Assembly (NCBI GenBank): GCA_963734575.1
Contig: CAVTHT010000007.1
Span: 160,549-224,548 of the forward strand
DNA length: 64,000 bases
Reading direction: 5' to 3'
From: an uncultured beta proteobacterium
GTDB lineage: Bacteria > Pseudomonadota > Gammaproteobacteria > Burkholderiales > Casimicrobiaceae
Shown: piece by piece, positions 9,338-18,354 of the stretch
Layout: every line of letters begins with the position of its first letter
Position numbering within the stretch: the stretch's first letter is position 1
Notes under the pieces: generated by a model
The model's input: only the letters and a program-made list of their open reading frames with translations
Databases searched by the model: none
Told to the model about the DNA's origin: nothing
Translations under genes and position numbers: made by a program

Positions 9338-9823
9338 GTGACCGAGGGCTACGGCGCGAACCGCGACGTGGTGCTGAAGCTCCTCAACGAAGCGCTCGCG
9401 ACCGAGCTCGTGTGCGTGCTGCGCTACAAGCGGCACTACTACATGGCCGAGGGGCCGCAGTCGGACGCGGCCGCGGCGGAGTTCCTCGAGCACGCGCAGC
9501 AGGAGCAGGAGCACGCCGACCAGATTGCGGCGCGCATCGTGCAGCTCGGGGGCGAGCCCGATTTCGCCCCGGATACGCTGACGGCGCGCAGCCACGCCGA
9601 GTACGTTCCGGGCAAGGACCTCGTCGACATGATCAAGGAGGACCTCGTCGCCGAGCGCATCGCCATCGACAGCTATCGCGAGATGGTCGCGTTCATCGGC
9701 GAAGGCGATTCGACGACCCGCCGCATGCTCGAGGACATCCTCGCCGTCGAGGAAGAGCACGCCGACGATCTTGCCAGCCTGCTCGCCGCGGATACGTCAC
9801 TCGCGCGCGCCGCGCGGGGATGA
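9338..9823 (+). CDS. Bacterioferritin-like (ferritin-like di-iron) protein.
   Basis: VVLKLLNEALATELVCVLRYKRHYYMAEG..EFLEHAQQEQEHADQIAARIVQLGG..DMIKEDLVAERIAIDSYREMV..MLEDILAVEEEHADDL matches Bfr ligand motifs. The GTG start has a ggagg RBS. Confidence 0.75.
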   Translation: MTEGYGANRDVVLKLLNEALATELVCVLRYKRHYYMAEGPQSDAAAAEFLEHAQQEQEHADQIAARIVQLGGEPDFAPDTLTARSHAEYVPGKDLVDMIKEDLVAERIAIDSYREMVAFIGEGDSTTRRMLEDILAVEEEHADDLASLLAADTSLARAARG

Positions 9824-10057
9824 CCCGCTCCGGCGACCCCGGGGCTAGTGGCGCGGGGGCCGCCGGCAGCACCGCCGCGGTGATCGACGTCGCCGCGCCG
9901 GCGGCGGAGCCGACCGCACCGTCCGCGGCAGGAGCGCCCGGAAGCCGACGCCAGCACGACGGCCGCCGCGAGCGCCGCAGCCGCGGCCGCCGTCGAGGCG
10001 GTTGCCGCATCCGTTCCGCGGCGCGCGTCGGCGCAGGCTGCGCGGATCGCGACGATC

Positions 10058-11042
10058 ATGCTTGCCGTGATCGCCGGGGGCGTGGTGCTGTCGCTCGGGC
10101 GCGAGGTGTTCTTGCCGATCGTCGCCGCGGCGCTGCTGTCCATGCTGCTGTCGCCGATCGTCGCGCAGTTCGAGCGACTGCGGTTGCCGCGCATCGTGGC
10201 TTCGCTCCTCGTGATCCTCGGGGTCGTCGGCCTCCTGTTCCTGGCGATCGATGCGCTGCTGGAACCGCTCGCACGAGCGCTGGACCAGCTCCCCGCGATG
10301 GAAGGTCTCGTGCGCCGCACGCTGCGCGTCGCGCGCTACACGATGGGCGCGCCGTTCGCGGAATGGGTCGCCGCCCGCCTCGACGAGTGGACCGCGGCCG
10401 GCAAGAACGCCGCCTCGGCCGTGCTCTTCAGCCGCCTCCTCACCGCGTCCCTCGGCGCGGCGACGGTGCTCGTGCTCGCGTTCTTCCTGCTCGCCAGCGG
10501 CGATCTCTTCCTGCAGAAGCTCATCCGCGTCATCCCGCGCATCCGCGACAAGGTCAATGCGCTGAAGATCGTGCGGACCGTGCAGGAGGAGGTGAGCCGC
10601 TACCTGCTCACGGTCACCATGATCAACGCCGGGCTCGGCATCGTGGTCGGCACCGTGTGCTGGTACCTCGGCCTGCCGAACGCGATCCTCTGGGGCACGA
10701 TGGTCGGCGTGCTGAACTTCATCCCGTACATCGGGCCGTTCGTGAGCCTGTGCCTGCTCACGACGGCGTCGGCCGCGCACTTCTCGACCCTCGCGCGACA
10801 TCCTGCTCGTCCCGGTCGCCTTCTCCGGGATCACGATCGTCGAGGGACAGCTCCTCACGCCGATGATCGTCGGCCGTCGCGTCGAGCTCAACCCGGTCGT
10901 CGTCTTCGTCGGGCTGCTGCTGTGGTACTGGCTATGGGGCATCCCCGGGATGATCGTGGCGATCCCGATCCTCATCATCGCCAAGGTGTGGGCGCAGCAC
11001 ACCGAAGCGATGGCCGGCTGGGCCGAGTTTCTCGGCCCCTGA
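10058..11042 (+). CDS. AI-2E family transporter (PerM/UPF0118) with a frameshift at ~10795.
   Basis: FLPIVAAALLSMLLSPIV..NFIPYIGPFVSLCLLTTASAAHFSTLAR in one frame continues as DILLVPVAFSGITIVEGQLLTPMIVGRRVELNPVVVFVGLLLWYWLWGIPGMIVAIPILIIAKV in the +1 frame. The switch lies inside 'ctcgcgcgac'. Confidence 0.75.
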
Positions 11043-11051
11043 CCGGAGGCG

Positions 11052-11969
11052 GTGACGTGCCCGGCGAGGGCGTTGGCGCGGTACCGCGCGACTGCTCGGC
11101 CGCGCATGCCGGCGCTGGATCGAGGACGGCGCGAGCCGGCAGGGCGCGGCCATCGCGTTCTACGCCACGCTGAGCCTTGCGCCCTTCCTGCTGGTCCTCG
11201 CCGCCGTCGCGGCATTCTTCCTCGGTCCGGAAGCAGCGCGCGGCTACATCGTCGATCAGAGCGGCGCCCTCGTCGGCACCGAGGGCGGTGCTCTGCTCAA
11301 GGGGATGCTCGGCGCGGGCGGCTCGGCGCAGGCGAAGGGCTGGGCGGCCGCCATCGGGCTCGTGAGCACGCTTGCGGGCGCCACGGCCGGATTCGCGGAG
11401 CTGCAGACCACGCTCAATCGCGTGTTCCGCATTCCGGAGCGCCGGGGCATGCGCGCGACGCCTCACGTCGCGGCTGTGGTCGCTGCTGCTGGTGGTCGGC
11501 GTCGGCGTGCTCCTGGTCGCTTCCCTCGCCGTGACCGCGTTCGTGAGTCGCAGCCTCGACTGGTTCGAGGGACCGGCGCGCGTCACCAAATGGGCGACGC
11601 TGGCGGCCAACGAAGGCATCACTCTCGGCATCGCGACGGTGCTCTTCGGTCTCGTGCTCAAGGTGCTGCCCGATCGCGCGCGTGCCTTGGCGGCTGGCGA
11701 TCGGCGGCGGGTTCCTGACCGCGGTCCTGTTCCAGATCGCGAAGTTCGCGATCGGGTGGTACATCGGCCGCGCGACGCCGGGGGCTGCGTATGGCACCGC
11801 GGCGGCGCTGGTCGTGCTGATGCTGTGGATCTACTTTTCGGCGCAGGTCTTCCTGCTCGGCGCCGAATTCACGGCGGTGTCACTCGAGGCGCAGGAGGAC
11901 GCGACACGCATCGCGGCCCAGGCGCCGACGGCGGACGAACCCGACGCGCGCTGGACGACGACGCAATGA
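11052..11969 (+). pseudogene. YihY/BrkB family membrane protein split over at least 3-4 frames.
   Basis: Fragments GRWRGTARLLGRACRRWIEDGASRQGAAIAFYATLSLAPFLLVLAAV..RVFRIPERRG, then RLWSLLLVVGVGVLLVASLAV..VLKVLPDR, then VPWRLAIGGGFLTAVLFQIAKFAIGWYIGRATPGAAYGTAAALVVLMLWIYFSAQVFLLGAEF are each in a different frame. The switches at ~11450 and ~11678 lie in gcgcgcg runs. Confidence 0.5.
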
Positions 11970-12015
11970 AAAGGGGCGCGAACCGCGCCCCTTGCCGTGG
12001 CAATGCGTGGCCGCG

Positions 12016-12463
12016 TTACATCCGGAACACGCGGTTGCCTTCGATCCGCACGCGATCGCCCACACGCAGGTTGAGATCGTTGGAATTGTCGAGCTGCATG
12101 AGCGAGCCGGAGTCGGTGCGCACCGTGATGCGATAGCGGCTGCCTTCGACGCGATTCTGCTTCTCCACCTCGTTGCCGACCACCGCGCCGCCCACTGCGC
12201 CGGCGATGGTCGCCGCCGTGTTGCCGCTTCCGCTGCCGAACTGGTGGCCGATCACGCCGCCGGCAATGCCGCCGAGCAGCGCGCCCACGCCGACCGGGCC
12301 GGAGCCGTCACTGCGGAAGATGTCGATGTTCTCGACGACGCCGTACTGCACGCGCGGGGCGACGGTCGTCGTCGGGCCGTAGTAGCGGGTACGGCGCGCA
12401 GGCGCCGAGAACCAGGGCGCTGCCAAGCAGCGCGGCCGGAAGGAGATGTCGACGTAGGCTCAT
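12016..12463 (-). CDS. Glycine-zipper (SlyB/17-kDa-antigen-like) outer-membrane lipoprotein with a frameshift at ~12400.
   Basis: The signal peptide MSLRRHLLPAALLGSALVLGAC-A (lipobox) is in one frame. The mature part RRTRYYGP..GALLGGIAGGVIGHQFGSGSGNTAATIAGAVGGAVVGNEV.. is in the next frame, with the switch inside 'tgcgcgccg'. The ATG overlaps the upstream stop (ATGA). Confidence 0.6.
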
Positions 12464-12879
12464 TTGGAGTCCTTGGGATACGAGTTGGGGGTGGACACCG
12501 CTTCGTTGCCGCGGGGCGCGTCGGGCGATCCGCGCGGGATCTGCTCGTCGCCACGCTTTGCAAACGCATCAGAGCTGTAATTGTTGACCTGACCTTCGAG
12601 CGGTTGCGCGTTGTCGCGTTCGCCCTTGGTGAGAGCGCTGTGCGCGCCCTCGGTGCCGCTGCTTTGCGGCGCCTCGACCGCGGCGCTCTGCGGCGGCAGG
12701 GATGGGTCCCCGGCAGGCACCTGCGCCGGCTGGGCGGTGGTCACCGCGGCGGCCGTGGCCGGCGGCACGTCGCGCGCAGAGCTGACCGGCGCGCTGGTGT
12801 TGCGCTCCTGCTGGCAGGCCGCGAGTCCGGCGACGGCACAGAGTGCGACGATGAGGCGCATGCGTTGTGAAGTAGTCAT
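12460..12879 (-). CDS. Hypothetical lipoprotein.
   Basis: MTTSQRMRLIVALCAVAGLAAC lipobox, then a low-complexity Ala/Pro/Gln region. Confidence 0.5.
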   Translation of the reverse strand: MTTSQRMRLIVALCAVAGLAACQQERNTSAPVSSARDVPPATAAAVTTAQPAQVPAGDPSLPPQSAAVEAPQSSGTEGAHSALTKGERDNAQPLEGQVNNYSSDAFAKRGDEQIPRGSPDAPRGNEAVSTPNSYPKDSK

Positions 12880-12901
12880 GTCGGTCCCTTGTTGTAGTTT
12901 G

Positions 12902-13138
12902 TCACCAGTTCCAGTCGTCGCTCGAGTGCCAGCGTTCCTCGGGGGCGGCGATCGCGAGCGCGACCACCGCGCCCGCGCCGAGCAGCAGGAAGCCGACCAG
13001 CACGGCCATGATCCGGCCGACCGGCGTCGGGCCCGCTCCCACGACGATCAGCGCACCGATGGCCGCAAGCGCCGTGGCGATCGCCGCAGCGATCCAGACG
13101 AACTGCGGCGGCGCGTGATATGTCCTGCGAGGCAACAT
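12902..13138 (-). CDS. Small membrane protein (78 aa).
   Basis: A strong RBS (aaggag 8 nt upstream of the ATG) and two TM segments. It is the first gene of a three-gene minus-strand cluster. Confidence 0.45.
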   Translation of the reverse strand: MLPRRTYHAPPQFVWIAAAIATALAAIGALIVVGAGPTPVGRIMAVLVGFLLLGAGAVVALAIAAPEERWHSSDDWNW

Positions 13139-13231
13139 GGCGGGGCTCTCCTTATCCGCAACGATGATAAGGACGCGCGCGCGCCCACGGCATAAGACGC
13201 CGGCTCGAACCCCTGTAGGCGGGCGCTTACA

Positions 13232-13792
13232 TCACTGCTGATAACGCGCCTTGGCTTCGCTGAGGCACGCCGTCTTCTCGGCGCCTGCCAGGGCGTCGCA
13301 GCGCTCTGCGGCCACCTTGTATGCGGCCTTGCGTTTCTCGTCCGCCGCATCGTGCTGCGCATCGGCGATGCGCGCCTGGGCCTTCGCATCGGCCTGCGCG
13401 CGTTGCGCCGCGGCCTTCGCCTCGGCCATGCACACGTCCTGCTCGTTGCCGCGCTTGACCCGGCAGTGCGCCTTCGCGGCGTCGTAATCGGCATTCGCGA
13501 TCTGCAGGCGCGCGTCTCGCCGGGCCTTGTCGGTGTTCTTGTACGCCGCATCCGCCTCGGCCTTCGCCCGCTTCTCCGCCGCCTTGGCATCGGCCACGCA
13601 CACGTCGCGCTCGGGCCCACGGGCGACGGTGTCACAGCGCGCCACCGCCGCCTTGTAGTTCGCGGTGGCGCGGTCCTTGGCTGCGTTGTACTCGGCGCCG
13701 GTCATGCCGGCAGCGATGGCGATGGTCGGCACCGCGAGGCCCAGCACCAGCGCATCGAGCAGGCGCTCGGGGCGCGTCCAGAAGTGCTTCAT
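13232..13792 (-). CDS. Secreted protein with three ~50-aa tandem repeats, each carrying a Cys pair.
   Basis: Perfect aggagg RBS. Signal peptide MKHFWTRPERLLDALVLGLAVPTIAIAA. Repeats Y..AK..C...(E)...C..EAKA occur three times (ARCDTVARGPERDVCVADAKAA / AHCRVKRGNEQDVCMAEAKAA / ERCDALAGAEKTACLSEAKA). Confidence 0.6.
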   Translation of the reverse strand: MKHFWTRPERLLDALVLGLAVPTIAIAAGMTGAEYNAAKDRATANYKAAVARCDTVARGPERDVCVADAKAAEKRAKAEADAAYKNTDKARRDARLQIANADYDAAKAHCRVKRGNEQDVCMAEAKAAAQRAQADAKAQARIADAQHDAADEKRKAAYKVAAERCDALAGAEKTACLSEAKARYQQ

Positions 13793-13800
13793 GGTTCCTC

Positions 13801-14067
13801 CTAGAGGCTGGACGAGCCGCCCGTGCTGCGGCCCCTGCCCACGGCCGTGGGCGCGTCGGGGTCCCAGTCGGCGTTGCGCGTTTCGAAATCGCTGATCTGC
13901 CGCTCGGCCTCGTCCTTCGTGACGCCGTAGACCTCCTGCACGCGCCCGGCGAGCTGCTCGCGCTTGCCACCGATGATGTCGAGCTGATCGTCGGTGAGCT
14001 TGCCCCATTGCTCCTTCACCTTGCCCTTGAACTGCTTCCAGTTGCCTTCCACGCGATCCCAGTTCAT
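13801..14067 (-). CDS. CsbD family general stress protein.
   Basis: MNWDRVEGNWKQFKGKVKEQWGKLTDDQLDIIGGKREQLAGRVQEVYGVTKDEAERQ is a canonical CsbD sequence. The RBS is gggag. Confidence 0.8.
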   Translation of the reverse strand: MNWDRVEGNWKQFKGKVKEQWGKLTDDQLDIIGGKREQLAGRVQEVYGVTKDEAERQISDFETRNADWDPDAPTAVGRGRSTGGSSSL

Positions 14068-14700
14068 GCCTGCTCCCTCGGTTGGCCTGCGATACCCTGC
14101 GCCATGCATTGCACGTGCCACCCGCGCGCCGTTGGCAGCCGTGGCACGCCGGACAATGGCCCCGGCGGAAAAAAGCGCGCGCTCGGGCCAGCCTTTTTCC
14201 GCTTGCGCGGTCGGCACGATTGCTGCAACGCGAGGTGCGTGCCGGTCGTCGGCAACGCATGGGAGAACGAAGATGGTGAAGGGATTGTTGATGCTGGGCG
14301 TCGGGGCGGCTGCAGTCGGGCTGGCGCGGTTCTGTTCCACCGCCATCCGCGAGGAGCGGCAACGGCGCAATGGATTGCACGAGTCGCACGAGACGCACTC
14401 GATGGGAAGGCGAGGGCGGCAATCCGGTCATGCCGCAATCGGCGTTCGGCGACGTCGGCGGCGCGATCTAGCGAAATTTCGCGCTCTGCCGGGAACAAAT
14501 TGCACCGCCACGCGAGTGCGTGGCGGATGCGGGCAATCGACATGGCGCCGAAATGTAGGACGCCGGGAGACGCGTCGATCAGCGTCGCGCTGATCGAGCT
14601 TCCCGTCGCGCGCGTCTACGATGCCCGGTCGAGGATGCGTGCCGGCCCGGCGCCGGCAGCGTTCCGCCGCCCGTGCGGCCCACCCACCAAGGAGCACACG

Positions 14701-14950
14701 ATGACCAAGGACAACAAGGAATACGGCGAGGGCAACTACAAGGCCACGCGCGATTACAACGAACGGACCAAGCGTTTCATCGAGTCGGGCCAGGTGGAGG
14801 AAGCTGCCCAGAACGCAGCGCCGCAAGGATGCGGGGGAAGCCGCGGAGATGAAGGACGCCGAGCAGATCGGTCGCAGCCACGCGAAGGAAGAGGATCCGG
14901 CGCTGCTCAAGGGCAAGCGTCGTCCGGCCGATACCGGACGCTCCTCCTGA
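14701..14950 (+). CDS. Small conserved hypothetical protein (~82 aa) with a frameshift at ~14822.
   Basis: An aaggag RBS precedes MTKDNKEYGEGNYKATRDYNERTKRFIESGQVEEAAQNAAP. The +1 frame continues as KDAGEAAEMKDAEQIGRSHAKEEDPALLKGKRRPADTGRSS* with the stop at 14948-14950. The original frame runs on as Arg-rich junk. Confidence 0.45.
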
Positions 14951-15535
14951 GGCCCGGGTGGCCGGACAGCGCGATCGCGTGTCCGGCCAGTCGGCCATCT
15001 TTACAGGTCCCTTTCGAAACGCGTGCGCCGCGCACTCTAAGGGTGCGTCGGCATTGAACAATTCTCCAATGGCACGCCTCTTGCGCAGTACCGTGCGCTG
15101 TTGAGTGCCGCTGGTAGCCCGGATCACGCACACGCTGCACGCGTCGTGCGAGCGAACCGCGCCCGAAGGCTCTCGGCATCACGACTGAAAGCCACAGGGA
15201 CGCGCGATGGATGTATCGGCTTGGTGGGTGGTGGGCGCATTCGTGGTCGGCGGTTACGCCGGCGCACTGCTCGTCGCGTTGATCACGATGGCCGCCAGCG
15301 ATGGCGAGAGCGGCTCGAGCGATGTCGGCGGCGGCGGGTGTTGCCACCAACGGCCGCTGGGGCCTGTAACCTCTCTCCGCGCCCGACCGACGTTTCCCGC
15401 ATCGCCTTCGTCGACGCACGCAGCGCCGCGATGCGCGACCCGCGCTCGCTGCGCAGGAACCGTGCTGGTGTCGTACCGGTCCTATGGTCGGCGACGTCTT
15501 GCCGCCCGCCCGGCTCGCGCGGTATATACGCGGAA

Positions 15536-15886
15536 ATGTTGCGCACTGATCCCCGGTTGTTCGGTACGGCACGCGAACCGCTGTGGTCGCTGCTGTATCG
15601 CTATTTCTTCTGGGACTGGCTGTTCCGGGACGTGAACCAGGGCGATCTCCTGAGGCGCAGCGCATCGTGGCGGCACAACCTGGCGATGCGTGGCTGCCTG
15701 CCCACCTACATGGGTCGCTGGCTGTTCTGCACCGCGGTCACCGCGCTCGCGGCGCAGGGCGCCGAGGCTGCCACCGGACCTTCCGTCGTCCCGGCGCTCT
15801 TCTACACGGGATCGGTGCTGGCGGTGCTGGTCTTCTGCATCGCCCTCGTGCTCTGGATGTTCCTAACGAAGCGCCAGCAGCTCTGA
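15536..15886 (+). CDS. Hypothetical membrane protein.
   Basis: MLRTDPRLFGTAREPLWSLLYRYFFWDWLF..WLFCTAVTALAAQ..ALFYTGSVLAVLVFCIALVLWMFLTKRQQL has two to three TM segments. No family was recognised. Confidence 0.3.
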   Translation: MLRTDPRLFGTAREPLWSLLYRYFFWDWLFRDVNQGDLLRRSASWRHNLAMRGCLPTYMGRWLFCTAVTALAAQGAEAATGPSVVPALFYTGSVLAVLVFCIALVLWMFLTKRQQL

Positions 15887-16020
15887 CGCGGGTGACGCAC
15901 GCATGCATGCGTGCACGCGTCCCGACGGCATCGTTCTTGCAAGCTCCATCGTCCGATCCGAGCGTGCACCGCCACCCCGGCGACTGCCGGGCACTTGGGA
16001 AGATGAAGAGGAGCGTGCGT

Positions 16021-16900
16021 ATGGACGTGGGTGCGCAGCCGCCACCCGTGCGCGCCGATGCCGCGAAGGAAGCGGCCGAGGCGAGGGAAGCCGACGAGCG
16101 CAGCGCACCGGCCGGGTCGGTCGTCTACAAGGCAATCCTGAAGGAGGGCGAGGAGGAACTGGCGCGCTCCAGCTCCGGGCTGTTCTGGTCGGGCATCGCG
16201 GCCGGACTCGCGATGGGCATGTCGATGATCGCGCAAGGCCTGCTGCAGACCTATCTTCCGGATGCCCGGTGGCAGCCGCTGGTGGCGAAATTCGGCTACA
16301 GCGCGGGATTCCTGATCGTGGTGCTCGGGCGTCAGCAGCTCTTCACGGAAAACACGCTCACCCCGATTCTCCCGCTCCTGCAGCGCAAGCCGGGTGCCAC
16401 GCCGCGCAACGTGCTGCGGCTATGGTCGGTGGTGCTGGTCGGCAATCTCCTCGGAGGGCTCGCCATCGCACTGGTCGCCGCGCACACGAGTGCCTTCGAC
16501 ATCCAAGTGCAACGCGCCTTCCGCGACATCGGCGCGAAAGCGATGGAGAATGGCTTCGGAACGGTGCTGCTGCGCGGGGTCTTCGCCGGATGGCTGATCG
16601 CGCTGATGGTATGGCTGCTTCCCGTTTGCGGAAACTGCACGCGTCTGGGTGATCATCATCATCACCTATCTCGTGGGTCTCGGCGAGTTCAGCCACATCA
16701 TTGCAGGGTCCATCGAGACGTTCACGCTTGCGGCGATGGGCGGGGCACCGTGGAGCACCGTGCTCGGGGATTACGTGCTGCCAACGCTGATCGGCAACGT
16801 GCTGGGAGGAGTGACGCTCGTCGCCACGCTCAACCACGCGCAGGTCACCGCCGGCGGCGACGGCGCCGGACTGCAAGGGGGACTCGGTTCGGATCCTTGA
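16021..16900 (+). CDS. Formate/nitrite transporter (FNT) family channel with a frameshift at ~16627.
   Basis: RQQLFTENTLTP..LWSVVLVGNLLGGLAIALV..WLLP then, in another frame, AETARVWVIIIITYLVGLGEFSHIIAGSIETFTL (FNT GFEHSIAN-like). The switch is at the 'cttcccgtt' C-run. Confidence 0.7.
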
Positions 16901-16940
16901 GTCGCCGGGACGGCGGACGCGAGGTACGCCTTCTCGCGCG

Positions 16941-17150
16941 TTACTCGGCTTCACCTGCCATGCAGGCGAGTTCCTCGGCGATCTCGCGTTCCGCCTGGCC
17001 ATAGCCGGCGGGCGGGATCTCCATGCGCCGGTAGTAGCCGCGGATCATTCGCGGGCCGCGGAAGACCTCTGCCGTGACGCAGCAGGACCCGTCGGTCTCG
17101 GGGACCGCGGCTGCTTCGATGCGCAGCCCATCGCGCTGCAAGGTAATCAT
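16941..17150 (-). CDS. Small hypothetical protein (69 aa).
   Basis: An ORF with a weak RBS, a CC motif and an acidic C-terminus. No family was recognised. Confidence 0.3.
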   Translation of the reverse strand: MITLQRDGLRIEAAAVPETDGSCCVTAEVFRGPRMIRGYYRRMEIPPAGYGQAEREIAEELACMAGEAE

Positions 17151-17353
17151 CGTGTCCGTCCTGGCGGCTCTTGGCGAGGCTTACTTGTACCGCAGGTTTC
17201 GCTGCGCTGCGGTAGGCGCGTGTCGATGATTCGTGTCGGACGTCGCCTACAAGGTGCTCGAACCGGCAGCCTCAGCGCGCGGCCGAGGCGTACTACAATC
17301 CGGACGCATCCCGGCGACGCCGCCGGCGATCGGCCCCTGGAGAAATCGACCTC

Positions 17354-18296
17354 ATGAAGAAATGGATCGCGCTGCTTGCGCTGTGCGTCGTTCCCGCTGT
17401 CTCCGCCGAGACCTGCCCCGACAAGAACATCCTGTACTGGCAGGCGTTTCCGCCGGGCGGCGAATCGGATCTTTCGGCCCGGCACCAGCAGGTCGTCCTC
17501 AAGAAGCACTGCGCGGCGATCGACACCGTCATCCAGTACAAGGCGGGTGCGGGCGGCGGCCTGATGTGGTCGCAGATGAACCAGCTGCCCGGCGATGGCT
17601 ACAACGTGGTCGGCATCAACCTGCCGCACATCGTGTTCCAGCCCATCGAAGGGCCAGGTCCAGTACAAGACCGACGACGTGACACCGGTCTTCTGGTTCC
17701 ACTACACGCCCGACGCGCTCGTGGTGCCCGAGTCGAGCCCGATCAAGACGTTCCAGGATTTCGTGAAGGCGGCCAAGGCGTCTCCCGAGAAGATCTCGCT
17801 CGGTGGATCGGGACTCAATTCCGCCAATCATGCGGCGCACGAGCGCCTCGATGCCGTGTTCGGCGTGAAGACGACCTACGTCCCGTTCAAGGGGACCGGC
17901 GACATGACCACGGCGATCATCGGCGGGCACGTCGATGGGGCGATGTCGTACACCGCGTTCGCGATCAACAACAAGAGCAAGGTGCGCGCACTCGCGGTCG
18001 CGATGGAGAAGCGCCATCCGCTGCTGCCGGACACACCCACGTTCCGTGAGCTCGGCGTCGACTGGGTCGATGGCGCCTACCGCGGGATCGGCGTGCCGAA
18101 GTCGACGCCGCCCGAAGCGCGCAAGCGGCTGTCGGAGCTCTTCGCATCGCTCAACAGCGATCCGGAAATGAAGGAGCTCGCCGCAAAGAGCGGGTTCGAG
18201 CTCATCAGCGTGGGCCTCGACCAGATGGATCCCTTCATGAAGGAGAAGATCAAGCTCTACACCGAGGGGGCGAAGCGCCTCAATCTCGGCAAGTAG
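17354..18296 (+). CDS. Tripartite tricarboxylate transporter substrate-binding protein (TctC/Bug family) with a frameshift at ~17651.
   Basis: Signal peptide MKKWIALLALCVVPAVSA. Bug-family body ..QYKAGAGGGLMW..VVGINLPHIVFQPIEG | QVQYKTDDVTPVFWFH..KGTGDMTTAIIGGHVD..; the frames switch at 'gaagggccagg'. Confidence 0.75.
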
Positions 18297-18354
18297 CGCG
18301 CGCCGCGCCTTCACCCTCGCGCCACACGCGCTTCGCACACGGACTGGAGACGGA

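Noticed and set aside
9078-9341. An ORF MNAQPQVPSQQAQ... with an ATGA overlap to yqjK.
   Set aside because: It is probably spurious. The bacterioferritin-like gene has its own GTG start with a ggagg RBS at 9338 in another frame, and this ORF has no homology.
9845-11215. Long Arg/Ala-rich antisense or off-frame ORFs in the six-frame track, for example 9845-11215, 20465-22303, 28096-29526, 38678-40804, 40278-42476, 48990-51698, 51998-54640 and 55738-58668.
   Set aside because: At about 70% GC, stop codons are rare in non-coding frames. These ORFs overlap well-supported genes on the other strand or frame, are dominated by R/A/G/P codons and have no recognisable domains.
15207-15635. An ORF MDVSAWWVVGAFVVGGYAGALLVALITMAASDGE... 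as a small membrane protein gene.
   Set aside because: Only the first ~30 aa look protein-like; the rest is Cys/Arg-rich junk, and there is no clear RBS or homology. It cannot be separated from GC-frame noise.
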